Of a stretch of 64,000 nt of DNA, positions 52,166 through 64,000 are shown one piece after another. A program made the position numbers and the translations under genes. This DNA comes from Mytilus edulis (taxonomy: Eukaryota), in NCBI RefSeq assembly GCF_963676685.1, contig NC_092352.1:51274001-51338000 (forward strand). Direction: 5' to 3'. Within the stretch, counting starts at the first letter, position 1. Each line of letters opens with the position of its first letter. Under the pieces are notes generated by a model, which ran no database searches, was not told where the DNA came from, and was given only the letters and a program-made list of their open reading frames with translations.

Positions 52166-53267
52166 AGATGTTAAAAAACTGCTTCTAAAATACTGCTTCT
52201 CATGAACTATAAAACGTTTTTACCGGAATATTCTAAGGCTGGAGGTAGACAATGCTTAATTGAGTATCGCTACTCTTGAAAATATATTTGCAAACATTTT
52301 GTATACTCTTTAGCAAAAAGAGCTATAACCTAAGAGTGGCGATACTCTGTGGTATTATACTTGTGACGTATAGTAATAGACAGTACTCTGGAAGTCAAGA
52401 CATACAGGAACCGCATATGACAAAGAGCGTCAATACTCTTTAGATAAGACACTTATAAAGAGGAGATGTAAATTAAAGTAATCGTATTCTAGTATCACAA
52501 CTCTCGTACATATAAAATGATAACTTGATAATTTTGTTTGCATTGATGATAATTTTTGTATTTAATTTTCCTGTTGGACCGTGAAATCAATACGCATTTC
52601 TAAATGAAAAAAATCTAATACACAATGTTTCAGCACTCATTGAGTTGGAAATATCAAAACTTGACCAAAACGGGAATTATTTATTTTCCCTTTTTTATTT
52701 TTAACGTGTTATGTGAATCTTGTTTTTAAGTGTGTCCAATCATACTTAGAAGTGAAATATCACATAATATTGCTTTAAATCCAATGAAAATGTGTCATAA
52801 TATAACAAATCAACATTCATCAACATCACGTTCAAACTTTCAAACGGCTAATACAAAAACGGATTCCTTCGTGAAACGAAACGAAATTTTATTCTTCTGT
52901 GTGTAAACCTCCTTTGAACAGGAGCACATGATGTTAAACCCGTACTATAAGATAACGTACAGATATAACAGAAATTATTATGTTATATGATAAATTTACA
53001 TGAAGATTTTCTTTGTATCTAAAATAAAAACTAGATAGAATATTAAAAAAAACTGTAAATGATCGGTATACTGGATTAATATTCAATTACAGGTCTTCCT
53101 GTACAGCTGCACTATCTCAGTCATTTTCTTCTATATCAGGAATGATTTTAAATTAGTTTACAGTTTGAAAATATACATGGGTTCAATTGAATATAATTAT
53201 CGTTTATGCTTGGTTTTTAAATAAAAATGGAAGTGAAACACCGATGATAGTATCATTATTTAACATA

Positions 53268-53522
53268 CAGTCTAGTTTGAACCGAACAACTCCTTGAGCG
53301 AGCGAAGCAATCTTCATTCACCCATTAGTCGGATTGACAGTATTGACATTTATTATACAGTTCAGTTTTAACCGGTCAAGTCTCTATGTACAACTCCATG
53401 GGCGAGCAAAGCAAACTTCATTTACCCATTAGTCGGAATTACAGTATAGAGTTCAGTTTCAACCAGACAAGTCTCTATGTACAACTCCATGGGCGAGCAA
53501 AGTAATGTTCATTCGCCCATTA
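53268..53522. repeat. Three ~90-bp tandem units
   Basis: ACAACTCC.TG.GCGAGC.AAG.AA...TTCATT..CCCATTA repeated three times. Confidence 0.8.
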
Positions 53523-53559
53523 CTTTTAAATGCCACAAGAAACTTTATACTTAGTTTGT

Positions 53560-54110
53560 TATCTACACGTTCTTGGTTAAGGAAAGTCTGTACATTGAAA
53601 AAGCATCTCTTTTGGTATGGACACTTTTCAATGCGCACAGAACAAGATCTGCAGGAAGAACAATCACAATGTTCCAAGTCGCACCCACTGCATATATTAC
53701 TTTCCGACAGACTTGCAACTGTTTTCTCACTGGTCTGAAAGAAGTGACAGTACTTGCGTACGGACACACATGCTATCTTTGTTTTGTACGATTTTCGCAA
53801 TATCTCTAGCGGTATTTTTCAAAGACACAGTGAACATGTCGTAAATGATGAGACTTAGCTCTTGTCGGCCATCTCTCGCACAATGGACTGCCTCTTGCCA
53901 GTAAGAAAGTACAGATTTAGGGCATCCAATATGTACTACCAAGTCTACGTCCCGTATGTTTAGACCCATACCCAAAATAACTATAGCAATCACACATCGG
54001 GTCCTTCTTTCTTTCAGTTTGAATTCTTTTAAAATTCTATCTTTTGAGTCTTGGTGTGTACTGTTATGGAACATTTCTATGAATATATTGTTTGGGTAAT
54101 ATATGCCCTT
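53560..54110 (-). pseudogene. RecQ-like SF2 helicase C-terminal domain plus Cys cluster
   Basis: MFHNST...LGMGLNIRDV..VVH.GCP.S..SYWQEA..CARDG (motifs IVa-VI), then a frameshift into CSGCDLEHCDCSSCRSCS...CP. Confidence 0.85.
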
Positions 54111-54545
54111 ACTTAAAGACAGAGCAAAAAAAATATATTTAATTTGATTTTTTCATTTTTTTTTTGGCATTTAGTTTTAATTGTCTGAAATACTTGCAAC
54201 CGGACTTTAAGCACAAACAACTATTTTTTGTTATCTTTATTTGAACAATTGTAGACATCAAACATGTCTAATTAAAAACATGCTACTTCGTGTATGATAT
54301 GCCTGAAATATTTCAGACTTTACTAATTGAGCAAATCAATCTATTCGCGAGAAAACTGGTCATCAGCGGGAAATTACATGTGGCATTCTTTTTACACAAA
54401 ATGCCTCAACACGCAGTGCGTAAGCAATTAGACAGGTTTGGTGGCTATTAGTAGGAACACCAAATTTGTAGAAGAACTGGTAAGTCGTATTACAAGTTGT
54501 GAGTCGGAAAAGCCGTCAGTAATGGTTTGGCTTGGAAAGAAGGCC

Positions 54546-55662
54546 AGGGACGAAAGATACTAAAGGGACAGTCAAACTCATAAATCGAAAATAAACTGAC
54601 AACACCATGGCTAAAAATGAAAAAGACAAAAAGACAAACAATAGTACACATGACACATCATAAAAAACTAAAGAATAAGCAACACGAACCCCACCAAAAA
54701 CTAGGGGTGATCTCAGGTGCTCCGGAAGGGTAAGCAGATCCTGCTCCACATGTGGCACCCGTCGTGTTGCTTATCTGATAACAAATCCGGTAAATAGTCT
54801 AATTCGGTAGGTCACATTCATGAAAGGGAAGGGGATTGTAGTTACAACGTAAGGAACATATCCGATATCATTTGTGTAACGGTTATGCTATAACGGTCAA
54901 CCATCTCGTGACGGCGTCCGTAAAATTTATGAAGGAATGATTTCAACTTCACCATTTGGAACTCTTGGTTTAATAGCTTCCTTGTGAGCAGCAACCCTCT
55001 ATCAAGAAAATAATGATAGGAAATGCAAGCACGGGAATATCAATTGGGAGATATAGACCCCGTATGCAGGTGCTGCTGGAATGTTGCTACTTAGAAATGG
55101 AAAGTTCACAATTGGAAAGCTGAAATCATCTCTTTTGTCGTAAAGTTTTGTTTTCACCCGACCCTCATTGTCAATTTCCAGATGTAAGTCAAGATATGAG
55201 GCTGACTTAACTGTATCTGTTGTATTCTTTATCTCTAGTTCGATGGGATTGATGCGTTCAACATAGTCATCAAATTTTGAATTATTTAGTGAAAGAACAT
55301 CATCTATATAGCGGAAAGTAGAGTTAAAGGATATTGCTAACTTCTAATCTTTCTTCCTAAGAAATTTCCTGTATGAAGTCAGCCCTTAATAATAATAAAG
55401 AAACAAGTCGGCAAGAAAAGGGGCACAATTTGGTCACATTGGAATGCCAACAGTCTGTTGAAAAACACGTCCTCCGAACGTAACAAATATGTTGTCAATC
55501 AAGGATTCAAGCATCTTGATAATGTCAGTATCAGAGATTTTTTTGTTTGAGTCAGAGTGGTCCTTTACAAAGTAGGATTTATCCCTCCCTAAGACAAGAT
55601 ACTTGTATCTACGTTGGCCATTCTTTTTTATGAAACAAAGCAATACCAACTCTTTCAATTTG
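54546..55662 (-). mobile_element. 5'-truncated Penelope-like RT element without C-terminal endonuclease (Naiad-like)
   Basis: FGGRVFQQTVGIPM, NCAP.LADLFL, FRYIDD, LYDKRDDFSFPIVNFPFL, AYGVYISQL. The frame stops at about 54842, directly after the thumb. Confidence 0.85.
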
Positions 55663-56329
55663 GAACTTGCGAGTTCATTAAAAAGCTGAGCTCACCGATA
55701 TATTTCGATCAATTCGTCTTAAACTAAAGATGGCGTAAATTAATAGTATCTATAAAGGCAAACATATTAGAGGTTATTTTTTTTATCGTGTCCAATCTTT
55801 TCTATCAGACACTGGAATGAATACCAAGGACATGCTATTCCATGAACGTTTGCAGACGAGGACATCTACATGTAGCTTCAGGAAATTATTGAAATTTTCA
55901 GAGGTGGGTCCATGTAAGGGCGTAATGGGTGTACGCCACCCCCCCCCACCCCCACCCTTTTTAAAAAAACACACCCATCGTTATTTGCTTTAATCAATAA
56001 TTAAACACATACTCTGATTTCTTTTTATACTTATTCCCTATCCGATGGGAACTTCGACACCCTTTTTATACAACAAAAACGGTAAGTAAATCTATGATAC
56101 ATGAAATGGTTGTTTTGTGTGACACTTCCCCAATGGCCATTTTACTTGTACCTGGTGGATACTCACTATATGTATATATGATACCGAGACGGGTATGTTC
56201 CGACAGACAGGATTGCATTTTCAGCTCATTTGTCTGTAAAGGGGTTATGTTTTTTTCTTCTTGTATTTGAAGGGGTCAGATTTGACTATCTAGAACGGGG
56301 TATTAATAATACAATGTTACACTATTGTT

Positions 56330-56665
56330 TCAGATAAGGGTGAATGTTTGATACAATTAAAACGTTTAAACTCGCTGCAATTGTTTGCACCTGTGCTAAG
56401 TCAGGAATCTGATGTTGAGTAGTTGTAGTTTGTTGATGTGTTTCATAAGTGTTTCTCGTTTTTATATAGATTAGACCGCGTTGTTTTTCCCGTTTGAGTG
56501 GTTTCACACCAGTAATTTTTGGGCCATTTATATCTTGCTGATCGGTGTGAGCCAAGACTCCGTGTTGAAGACAGTGACTGTACTTTGACCTATAATGGTT
56601 TACTTTTATAAATTGTGACTTGGATGGAAAGTTGTCTCATTGGCACTCATACCTTTTTTATATCT
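56330..56665 (+). repeat. SINE-like repeat
   Basis: Core AAGTCAGGAAT plus a tail shared with 16060-16110 and 17035-17220. Confidence 0.65.
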
Positions 56666-58354
56666 ACTAAATGCAAAACAACGTTCAGAAATGCCCATAT
56701 AACAAATTTTATATCATATATTTGGGAACTATTCAAGAGACTGACAAATGAAAATATTAGTTGAAATTACTAACTAGGTCTACATAATAAGTATATAGAC
56801 GTAAGAAAAACATTTTTATTTTTATTTTTCAACGTTTCCCTTTATCAAGGTTCTGAAAGAAAATTCTGGAACACGGAGGGGGGGAGGGGGTAAGGGATAA
56901 GGTTTTTCTTTAAAACATAATGGTTCTATTAGGAAAAATGTGGAAGTTTTTGCGATTGAGATTTAAAAAAAAAACCTATTCACAATGCATGATTGATCAT
57001 GTGGTGTGAAAAATTAACTCCCTTCTTTGAAGGATAGATTATCGTTTCATAAAAACGCTAATAAGGATTTCCTTTTTGTCTTTTTGAAACAAACTGTATT
57101 CTATTTTGTATCTTAAAGCTAGAAATTACGTTTAAAAAACATTGAAACCAATCGTCGTTAAACGATGCCATAAGTTCGTTTTTTTTTCATTTGGATTTTA
57201 TGTTTCGAAAATTATTCAAATCTCGGCGCCATATTTAAACTGGTGTTATTGAGCTCCGACTCGAGAATAAAATTTTCTTAAAGTGATGGATTAACTTTTT
57301 CTTTAGCACAAGTAAGTAATTTTTTTAATAGTTTTAGTGCTTAAGTAATTTAAAATGATATTTGGCCCGTGAAATATTTGACATAGAAAGACGATTGAAG
57401 CAATTTTATTCCGACCTGAAATCATGTCGGAAAGTGCTAAAGGAATTTAACGTATCTCGATATGACTTCGCATTCAAAAAAAATAAAAAATGAAAATATC
57501 AGTATAAAAACGTTAAAAATTGAATAAGGATGCGAAGTCATATGTTATAGGACTATAAGTTTCACCTACCTGTCCCACGGCCCCAGCTTGTCTGGCTAAA
57601 CAGTCGTTGGCCGTCAGAGTAATCTCGGACTACTCTGATCCAATTTTGGGAGGCCATCATTCCAGGAAGACCGATTAAAAACTGAAATTTTTTCGCACAA
57701 ATGGATGTATTAATTGCTTACTAAAGTCGCAAAACAAACTTCCAAATATCACAGGATGGCGTTTTCTGAGTAAGCGTGTCTGGTGCCGTTTCATTCAAAT
57801 TTTAACTATTAATCGAGGCAAATAGTTAATGAAATTGATGTAAAACCTTGTAACAACTTACCCTGCATTACTTTGAAACGTTGACATTTTGATATTTCGC
57901 TATGATTAGTCTGGATTTTCATTCCGTGTGCGAATCTTTTATCAAGTTACCTGTTACCTTCTGTAAATCCCTCCTCTATCTGGAGAGTCTGGAGTTCATC
58001 CAGTAAAATTTTGTTGCGTTATATTTACATCTGTTTCCAGTCACTATACATTATCTTTAAACAATTTGTATCTATTTACAGCCTATGAGTTTGGTAAACC
58101 TTACAACTTTTAAACGTTTATTTGTTTTCAAGGAGAGCACTACGCTTTTCATGGAGAGAATAACACAGGCTTCTAGTTATTGATTCCACCAAATTTATGT
58201 CATTTTTCTCTAACACATAGTACCAATCAAAAAGACTACAGTCCAAGATTAATGTTATCATTTTCGAGTTGCTAACGCATATGCCAGTCCATGCAGCGGT
58301 CCCAATCTTTGGTACAACGACTGTATAAAGTTTTGAGATAAAGAATCTCCCGTA

Positions 58355-59415
58355 CGAAATAAGTAGTAGGAATCCACCTAGACACTAGTAGGAACGAAGA
58401 AGGAATCTACCTAGAATCGAAGATTCCATATAGAAAGTAGGCGGACATGGGAAATGAACAAAATTCTGACTGGAATTTTTTATTTTCCTACTACCAAAAT
58501 CCTGCTACCTAGGTGGAATCTTAAAAGTCTGTATGGACTTTTTTTCTGTTTTGAAAATCTGATTTGATTATATATTTTCTTACTACATGTACAAGATTCC
58601 TACCAGAATCAATTTATAGATTCCTACCAGAAAATCTTTCTACCTGGAATCTTTTTAGTTATCTTGAACTGGATTCTTGTTTGCTGATGACACACATTTT
58701 GCAGTGTTAAATGCAAGCAAGTTCCAGTTCACAAATTCAAAAGTTGGAAGAGAAAAGAATGAAAAGTTATGTTAGAACACAATGCTGTAAGCTAAGGTCA
58801 CACAACTACATTATAGAAATGTAAGAACATATGGCTTATGAAAACTGAAGTTAATTCTTATACATTTAAAATGATTTTTTTATCTGCCTGCTAAAAATAT
58901 TTAGTAATCAATTAATTCAACAATAGTGTATAATTGTACTTATTAATTCACTCTTAATTTCATTTAGGCATATTTTTGGCTAATCTTCATGTTTATGTAT
59001 AACACAATTTCTAGCTTGCACATATTGCAGTTTCCTTAATCATTTCAAAAGTCCATTTAATTTCTTAAAATGAATGTATTCTATGAGTTTCCTTTGTTCT
59101 CTGTTGTTGAGATTCAAACTAAAATCATTGACCCAGTTGTATCTTTGTGAATATACACTTACATTTTTATATTTTTAGATTCCTACCAGAATTTTTTTTT
59201 TTTTCTGGGTGGAATTTTTAAAAATTCCTACCAGGTTTTCTAGTAGGAATTTTATTTTCCTACCAAATTATTCCTGCTAATTTGCATAATCCTGGTAGGA
59301 ATATACAATATCCCTACTAAGAAATTCCTGCTAATTCTAATTTTTCGTGTGGATTCCTACTACTATCCGACTAGAGTATACTCTTTTCTGGTAGGAATGC
59401 AGAGCAATATTCCTA
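58355..59415. repeat. Two clusters of TTCCTAC/GTAGGAAT motifs (probable transposon sub-terminal repeats)
   Basis: Dense motif clusters in both orientations at 58355-58680 and 59178-59415. Confidence 0.55.
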
Positions 59416-62030
59416 CTATATTCCGTGTACTTTCCATATGGAACATTTTGTACAGGAATTGTCTCTAATAATTGTTAAGGCAGAGCATACGACAAGAAAA
59501 TGTTCTAAATTTTCAGTTCCGTCCTCAAACAGCTGACAAATTGAAGTTTTTTTTCCATTCGAAAATTTTGAGCGGTGGTACTGTAGAATATATGTATCAA
59601 AAAGCATTTTGATCTTATAACAGGCTTTACGTATACACATTTGTTCTGAACCTGCCCTCTCAACAACACCAATTTTACAGTTTTTGATATTTAAGCACCG
59701 TAATGACGGTTTTGATTTGGCTTCAGTTAACAGTTTTTCGGACCAAAAGCCATCACCAGACTTTTTTACTTTCACTTGTATTTTGTCTCTGGTTTAAGTA
59801 ACATCTCTGAGGCACACGATAAGTTATATTGTTTCAAAATCTTGTCAGCCCTTATAAACCAGCTTTTTGTGTTTTTTCCTTTTGTAGACAGTTGACGTTT
59901 AGCAAGATCATTTTCAACAGAGTCACTTCTAGCTATGGTACCAAACGTTATCAGAATCTTTTTATATAGAAGTCCAATGATAGGTAATTGACCTAAAAGC
60001 AGATAAGCTCCAGCGTTAGAGGCTCTAGCGGGTAAAGTTTGAATTTGTTTCAGAAAGTTACAACAAAAGATATCTAACTGGGAAATAGCTTTAGCACTAA
60101 GATTTACAATTTTAAGTCCAAAGAACGAACGTGGAACCACATACGTTGACCAGAGTTTACATGACACCTCTGGGTTAAGTCCATTTAAACCATGCAATCC
60201 TGAGCCCATAAGTGCGTAAGATGTCTGTCTTGAGGTTTTTAGACGATTTCCAATAGTTGTTTTTGTTGCCTCTACTTCACGAGAGTCTCTATCAATTCCT
60301 ATATATGTTTATATTTTTTTACAGTTTATAATGCTTCTCAATCAATGTGGAACTTTTCCATTTGATTCCAAAAGTTACAATTTAAAGATGAGTTCCAAAT
60401 CATAACTTTAGATTGTTCCTTACTTATATTATATTCTTTTGTCTCTGCAAAGTGGGCAGTATAGCTAATCATAGTCTGGAGTTCATCAGGTTTTGAAAAG
60501 ATAAGTAGCCGATCGTCTGTACACATAGGAATACCCACAAATACATTTCCAATTTTAGAACCCGAACTGTCAATTTCTAACTTCTTTATTAGCGGATTAA
60601 CAAAAAGTTTGTAGACGGAAGGAGACCATACGCTGCCTTGACGGACGCCTTGGAGTTCAGCAAACGAAGTAGATAACTTGCCTTCCCATCGAATTTCAGA
60701 GCTCATATTTGTGTACCAGTCATTTAAGATTTGCCAACTTGGTCCAGAAATTCCACTTTGGAATATACTTTTTAGCAGAGAGGCAAGCCAAACAACATCA
60801 AAAGCGGGTGACGCATCAACAAAAGTAGTATATAATTTCTGTCCTAATTTTTTGCTTCTATGATTGCCTCAGTAAGGGGAAGTGCTGCAAAAGTAGGATT
60901 GAGCTCGGCAGTTAAGCCACGTTGAAGTCTGCTCTGTACCTTTAGTAGTTTAGGTTCCTCTAAACAAAGATGTACCAATTCCATCAGTTTTCCCAATACA
61001 AGAGAAAATGCTATACGTCGATAAGATTTTGGTTTAGGTTTCCCATTACCTTTGAACAATGGTGAAACAATACCTTCTTTGAAACACTGTGGTACACGAT
61101 TAAATTCGAATGCTTCATTTATCAAGTTTGTAAGTATTTTGGCTGTTTTTTCACCTCCATATTTAAAATGTTCAGCAGAAATTCCAAATTGGTCAGTAGC
61201 TTTTCCAGTTGTCATTTTTGAAATACATTTTTGAACTGTTCCGATATCAAATTCAATAGTTTTTTCATCTTCATGTTCACATATATGTCTTGAAGCAAAA
61301 TACGGTCTACCTCAACTTGAGAACGGTACTGTTGATTCTGCGTTTTTTCAGACGGAGTAGATAAGTCAGTGAAATAGTTTGTCCATGCCTCACAAATAAG
61401 ATCAGGTGTATTAAAATGAACATCATCAATGATCAGACAGTCGAGTAGGCGTTTTCCACTCTGCCTCTGACGGCGAATAATTCTATAAAATGTGGCGTTG
61501 TCACTAGAATGAGCATTCATAATTATCTGATAGAGAGATTGTCGCTCTTCAGCATTCAACTGTCTTTGGAGTTTTCTAAGTTCTCTTTTCATATCTAGAC
61601 GTGTTCTGTTTGCAGGGTCGTTTATGTCAGAAAGACTCCCCAGGGATTTCCATTTTCAATGTGCATCCTTGCTTTGTTTACAGAGTTGTTGCAGCACAGA
61701 ATTCTATGAACGTTTCCTTTTTCCAATAGAAATTGTTTGTGCATATTCAAAGGCAGTTGCAGTCAACATATTAAAAAGTTCCTCACAGCTCATTTCGATA
61801 AATGAAAAAAATACTATTATCAATAAACATATAACTTAGTCATGTTAGTCTCTGTTGAAGTAATTGTTCATATTTTTCATTGTCAAGTTTTTTCCAGTTT
61901 ACTTTCTTCAGTGTTGAAATCGATTTACCAACATTAGTAGTTCTTGTTGAAAAGAAACATGACAAGTTTGCCTGCACTGACCTATGAGATGGAGTGTTAA
62001 GCGCCTCATCTATCAGGACTTTTATATCTG
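59416..62030 (-). mobile_element. Decayed non-LTR retrotransposon ORF2 (RTE-X-like)
   Basis: GKATDQFGISAEHFKYGG, SYRRI, QGVRQGSVWSP, PMCTDD, HGLNGLNP, C-terminal C..F...ENLEHFLVVC. Many frameshifts. The clade call is tentative. Confidence 0.8.
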
Positions 62031-62037
62031 AGAATAG

Positions 62038-62350
62038 CAACAGCAATACAGTCAACATTACGCATTACACATCACACGTGTAGTTCAACGGATAAACTGG
62101 GTCAACATCAATAAACAGTTAAAATGGCTCTTTTGGTGAAATCGAAACTTTAGACTATGCATGGCGATACAGTTATCTCCGATACAAATTGAATAAATGT
62201 CAAATGGAAAAAGCATATATATAACATGTATAAACAGGATCCAAATGTTACGAAAATCAAATTATGTATGATGCAATGAGATATATATCTCACGTGTTTT
62301 CTGGTCTAAAACGGGATACACAGGTTACGTACATGTAGTTGACATTCATC
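62038..62350. repeat. Unclassified ~300-bp interspersed repeat
   Basis: Homologue of 41468-41755. Confidence 0.8.
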
Positions 62351-62353
62351 ACA

Positions 62354-64000
62354 AATAATAATAATAATAATATCTTTATTTAGAGAGAGTAACTCATTTG
62401 GATTACACCAATTTTCAATAAGGCTCTCTTAATACAATAATAATTACATAACAAATAAACAATGCATCCATTATAATGGTAAATAAAGATTATGTACAAT
62501 TTAAAATACAATAAACAATTATAGCATTACAGTAAAAATATGATGGTAATGTTAAAAGTACATAGATTTGTATTTATGTTTAAATTCGGATACTGTATTT
62601 GATTTTTTTTATTGAATTAGGAAGAGCATTCCACACTTTTGGTCCATTGTACGAGAAACTAGACTTATACAACTCTGTATTTGGTTTTGGAATAACAAAA
62701 ATTATCTGAGGATGAAAATCTCGTATTATATTTTTGGTTTGCAGAAGCTGATACAATAAGACTGGACATATATTCTGGAGCTAAGCCATGTTTTGCCTTA
62801 TACATTATTAATGATTTGTGATAAAGTATTCTTTGTGTGATTGGCACAATGTTACATTCGTGAAATAATTCTCTTGAAGGTTTGGTGTAATCATGTTCGT
62901 CTAAAATTATTCTTGCTGCCCTTTTTTGCAGTTTTAGTGAACTATCTAATAGAAAGTTATTACAGTTTCCCCATATTGAACAACAATAATCTAAGTGAGG
63001 TAAAACGTAAGCGTTATAGTACATTTGTCTAGCTTTATGATTTAAATATTTCTTTATCCTTTTTAGTAAAGCTAAAGAAGAGTTAACTTTTTTGATTATA
63101 TAATCGATATGAGAAGACCAAGATAGAGATGCATCAATAAAAATACCTAGAACTTTTTCACATGTACTTTCTATAATTTGTTGTCCATTTAAAGCAAGAT
63201 TAATGTTTTCATTTGATGTTACGGCGAGCTTTTGTTTAGATCCAATGCATATAGCTTTCGTTTTAGATACATTTACAGCCATTTTATTGTCATCACACCA
63301 GCGAAAAGTATCTTGTAAAACCGTATTAAGTTTTTGACTGATGCAACTTTTGTTTTGTCCAATGACTGATATGGTGCTATCATCAGCAAATAAATCGTTG
63401 TTATGATTAGGATTAGACAAAGGAAGATCATTAATAAAAACTAAAAACAACAACGGTCCTAATACGGATCCTTGAGGTACACCCGTTTTTTGTTTTTGTA
63501 CGTCTGATTATGTATTTGAAATAGATACTTTCTGATATCTGTCAGCCAAATATGATGTAAACCAACGTAATGAAGTATAAGCTAATTTGTATTTGTTTAA
63601 TTTTTGAATAAGCAGTTCATGATTGAGAAGATCAAAGGCTTTTGCTAGATCTAGAAATACTGCTCCAACAAGATCGCCATCATCAATGGCTTTAATCCAT
63701 TTATCTATTAAAGCTGTTAAAGCAGTTTGACAAGAATGGTTTGCACGAAAACCTGACTGCATTCTATACAATAACTTGTATTTATTAAGATATTTTACTA
63801 AGTGTGTTTTCACATGTTTTTCAAGGATTTTAGAAATGAGTGGTAAAATTGCAATTGGTCTATAATTAAAAACATCCTGTTTTGAGCCTTTGTTCTTATA
63901 AACTGGTATGACTTTTGCCAGTTTAAATGAGGATGGAAAAATACATTTTTTGATACTCAGATTAAAAATATGACAAAGTGGTATTGAAATAGCATGAGAA
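62354..64000 (-). mobile_element. CR1/L2-group LINE 3' end (RT), extends beyond the window
   Basis: NYRPIAILP, QSGFR, FLDLAKAFD, GVPQGSVLGPLLF, LFADD, LPHLDYC. 3' AATAAA followed by a (TAT)n tail at 62354-62372. Confidence 0.92.

Larger units (their letters stand above)
51431..57632 (-). mobile_element. AcademH-like DNA transposon (deletion derivative)
   Basis: ~60-bp TIRs TAGTCCGAGATTACTCTGACG... / ...CGTCAGAGTAATCTCGGACTA, 9-bp TSD CTTTGATCC / CTCTGATCC, internal RecQ-like helicase relic. Confidence 0.88.

Noticed and set aside
53727-54074. Cellular RecQ/WRN/BLM gene
   Set aside because: Only a degenerate C-terminal part is present, enclosed by TIRs and a TSD.

Overview
AT-rich, repeat-dense eukaryotic DNA. 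The repeat families suggest a bivalve, probably a Mytilus-type mussel (inference). It is not prokaryotic and I see no CRISPR array. Host-type genes: (1) a minus-strand spliced gene (about 15316 to 3084) that I can assemble into a 505-aa type I membrane protein with a signal peptide, an ectodomain opening with a fibrinogen-related-domain-like motif, one TM helix and a Tyr-rich tail containing an ITAM-consensus motif; (2) a spliced THAP zinc-finger gene with a DHSY (HCF-1-binding) motif. The rest is a nested set of mobile elements: hammerhead-ribozyme repeats (one complete 347-bp monomer), two types of Penelope-like fragment (one with a minimal hammerhead in its 3' region), a decayed DIRS/Ngaro element, a full-length but disabled BEL/Pao element with a templated internal rearrangement, a second BEL relic, a 6.2-kb AcademH-like transposon (TAG-TIRs, 9-bp TSD, RecQ-like helicase relic), two LINEs, Helentron-associated elements, SINEs, MITEs and an orphan 28S rRNA fragment. 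All exon models and alignments were made by eye.
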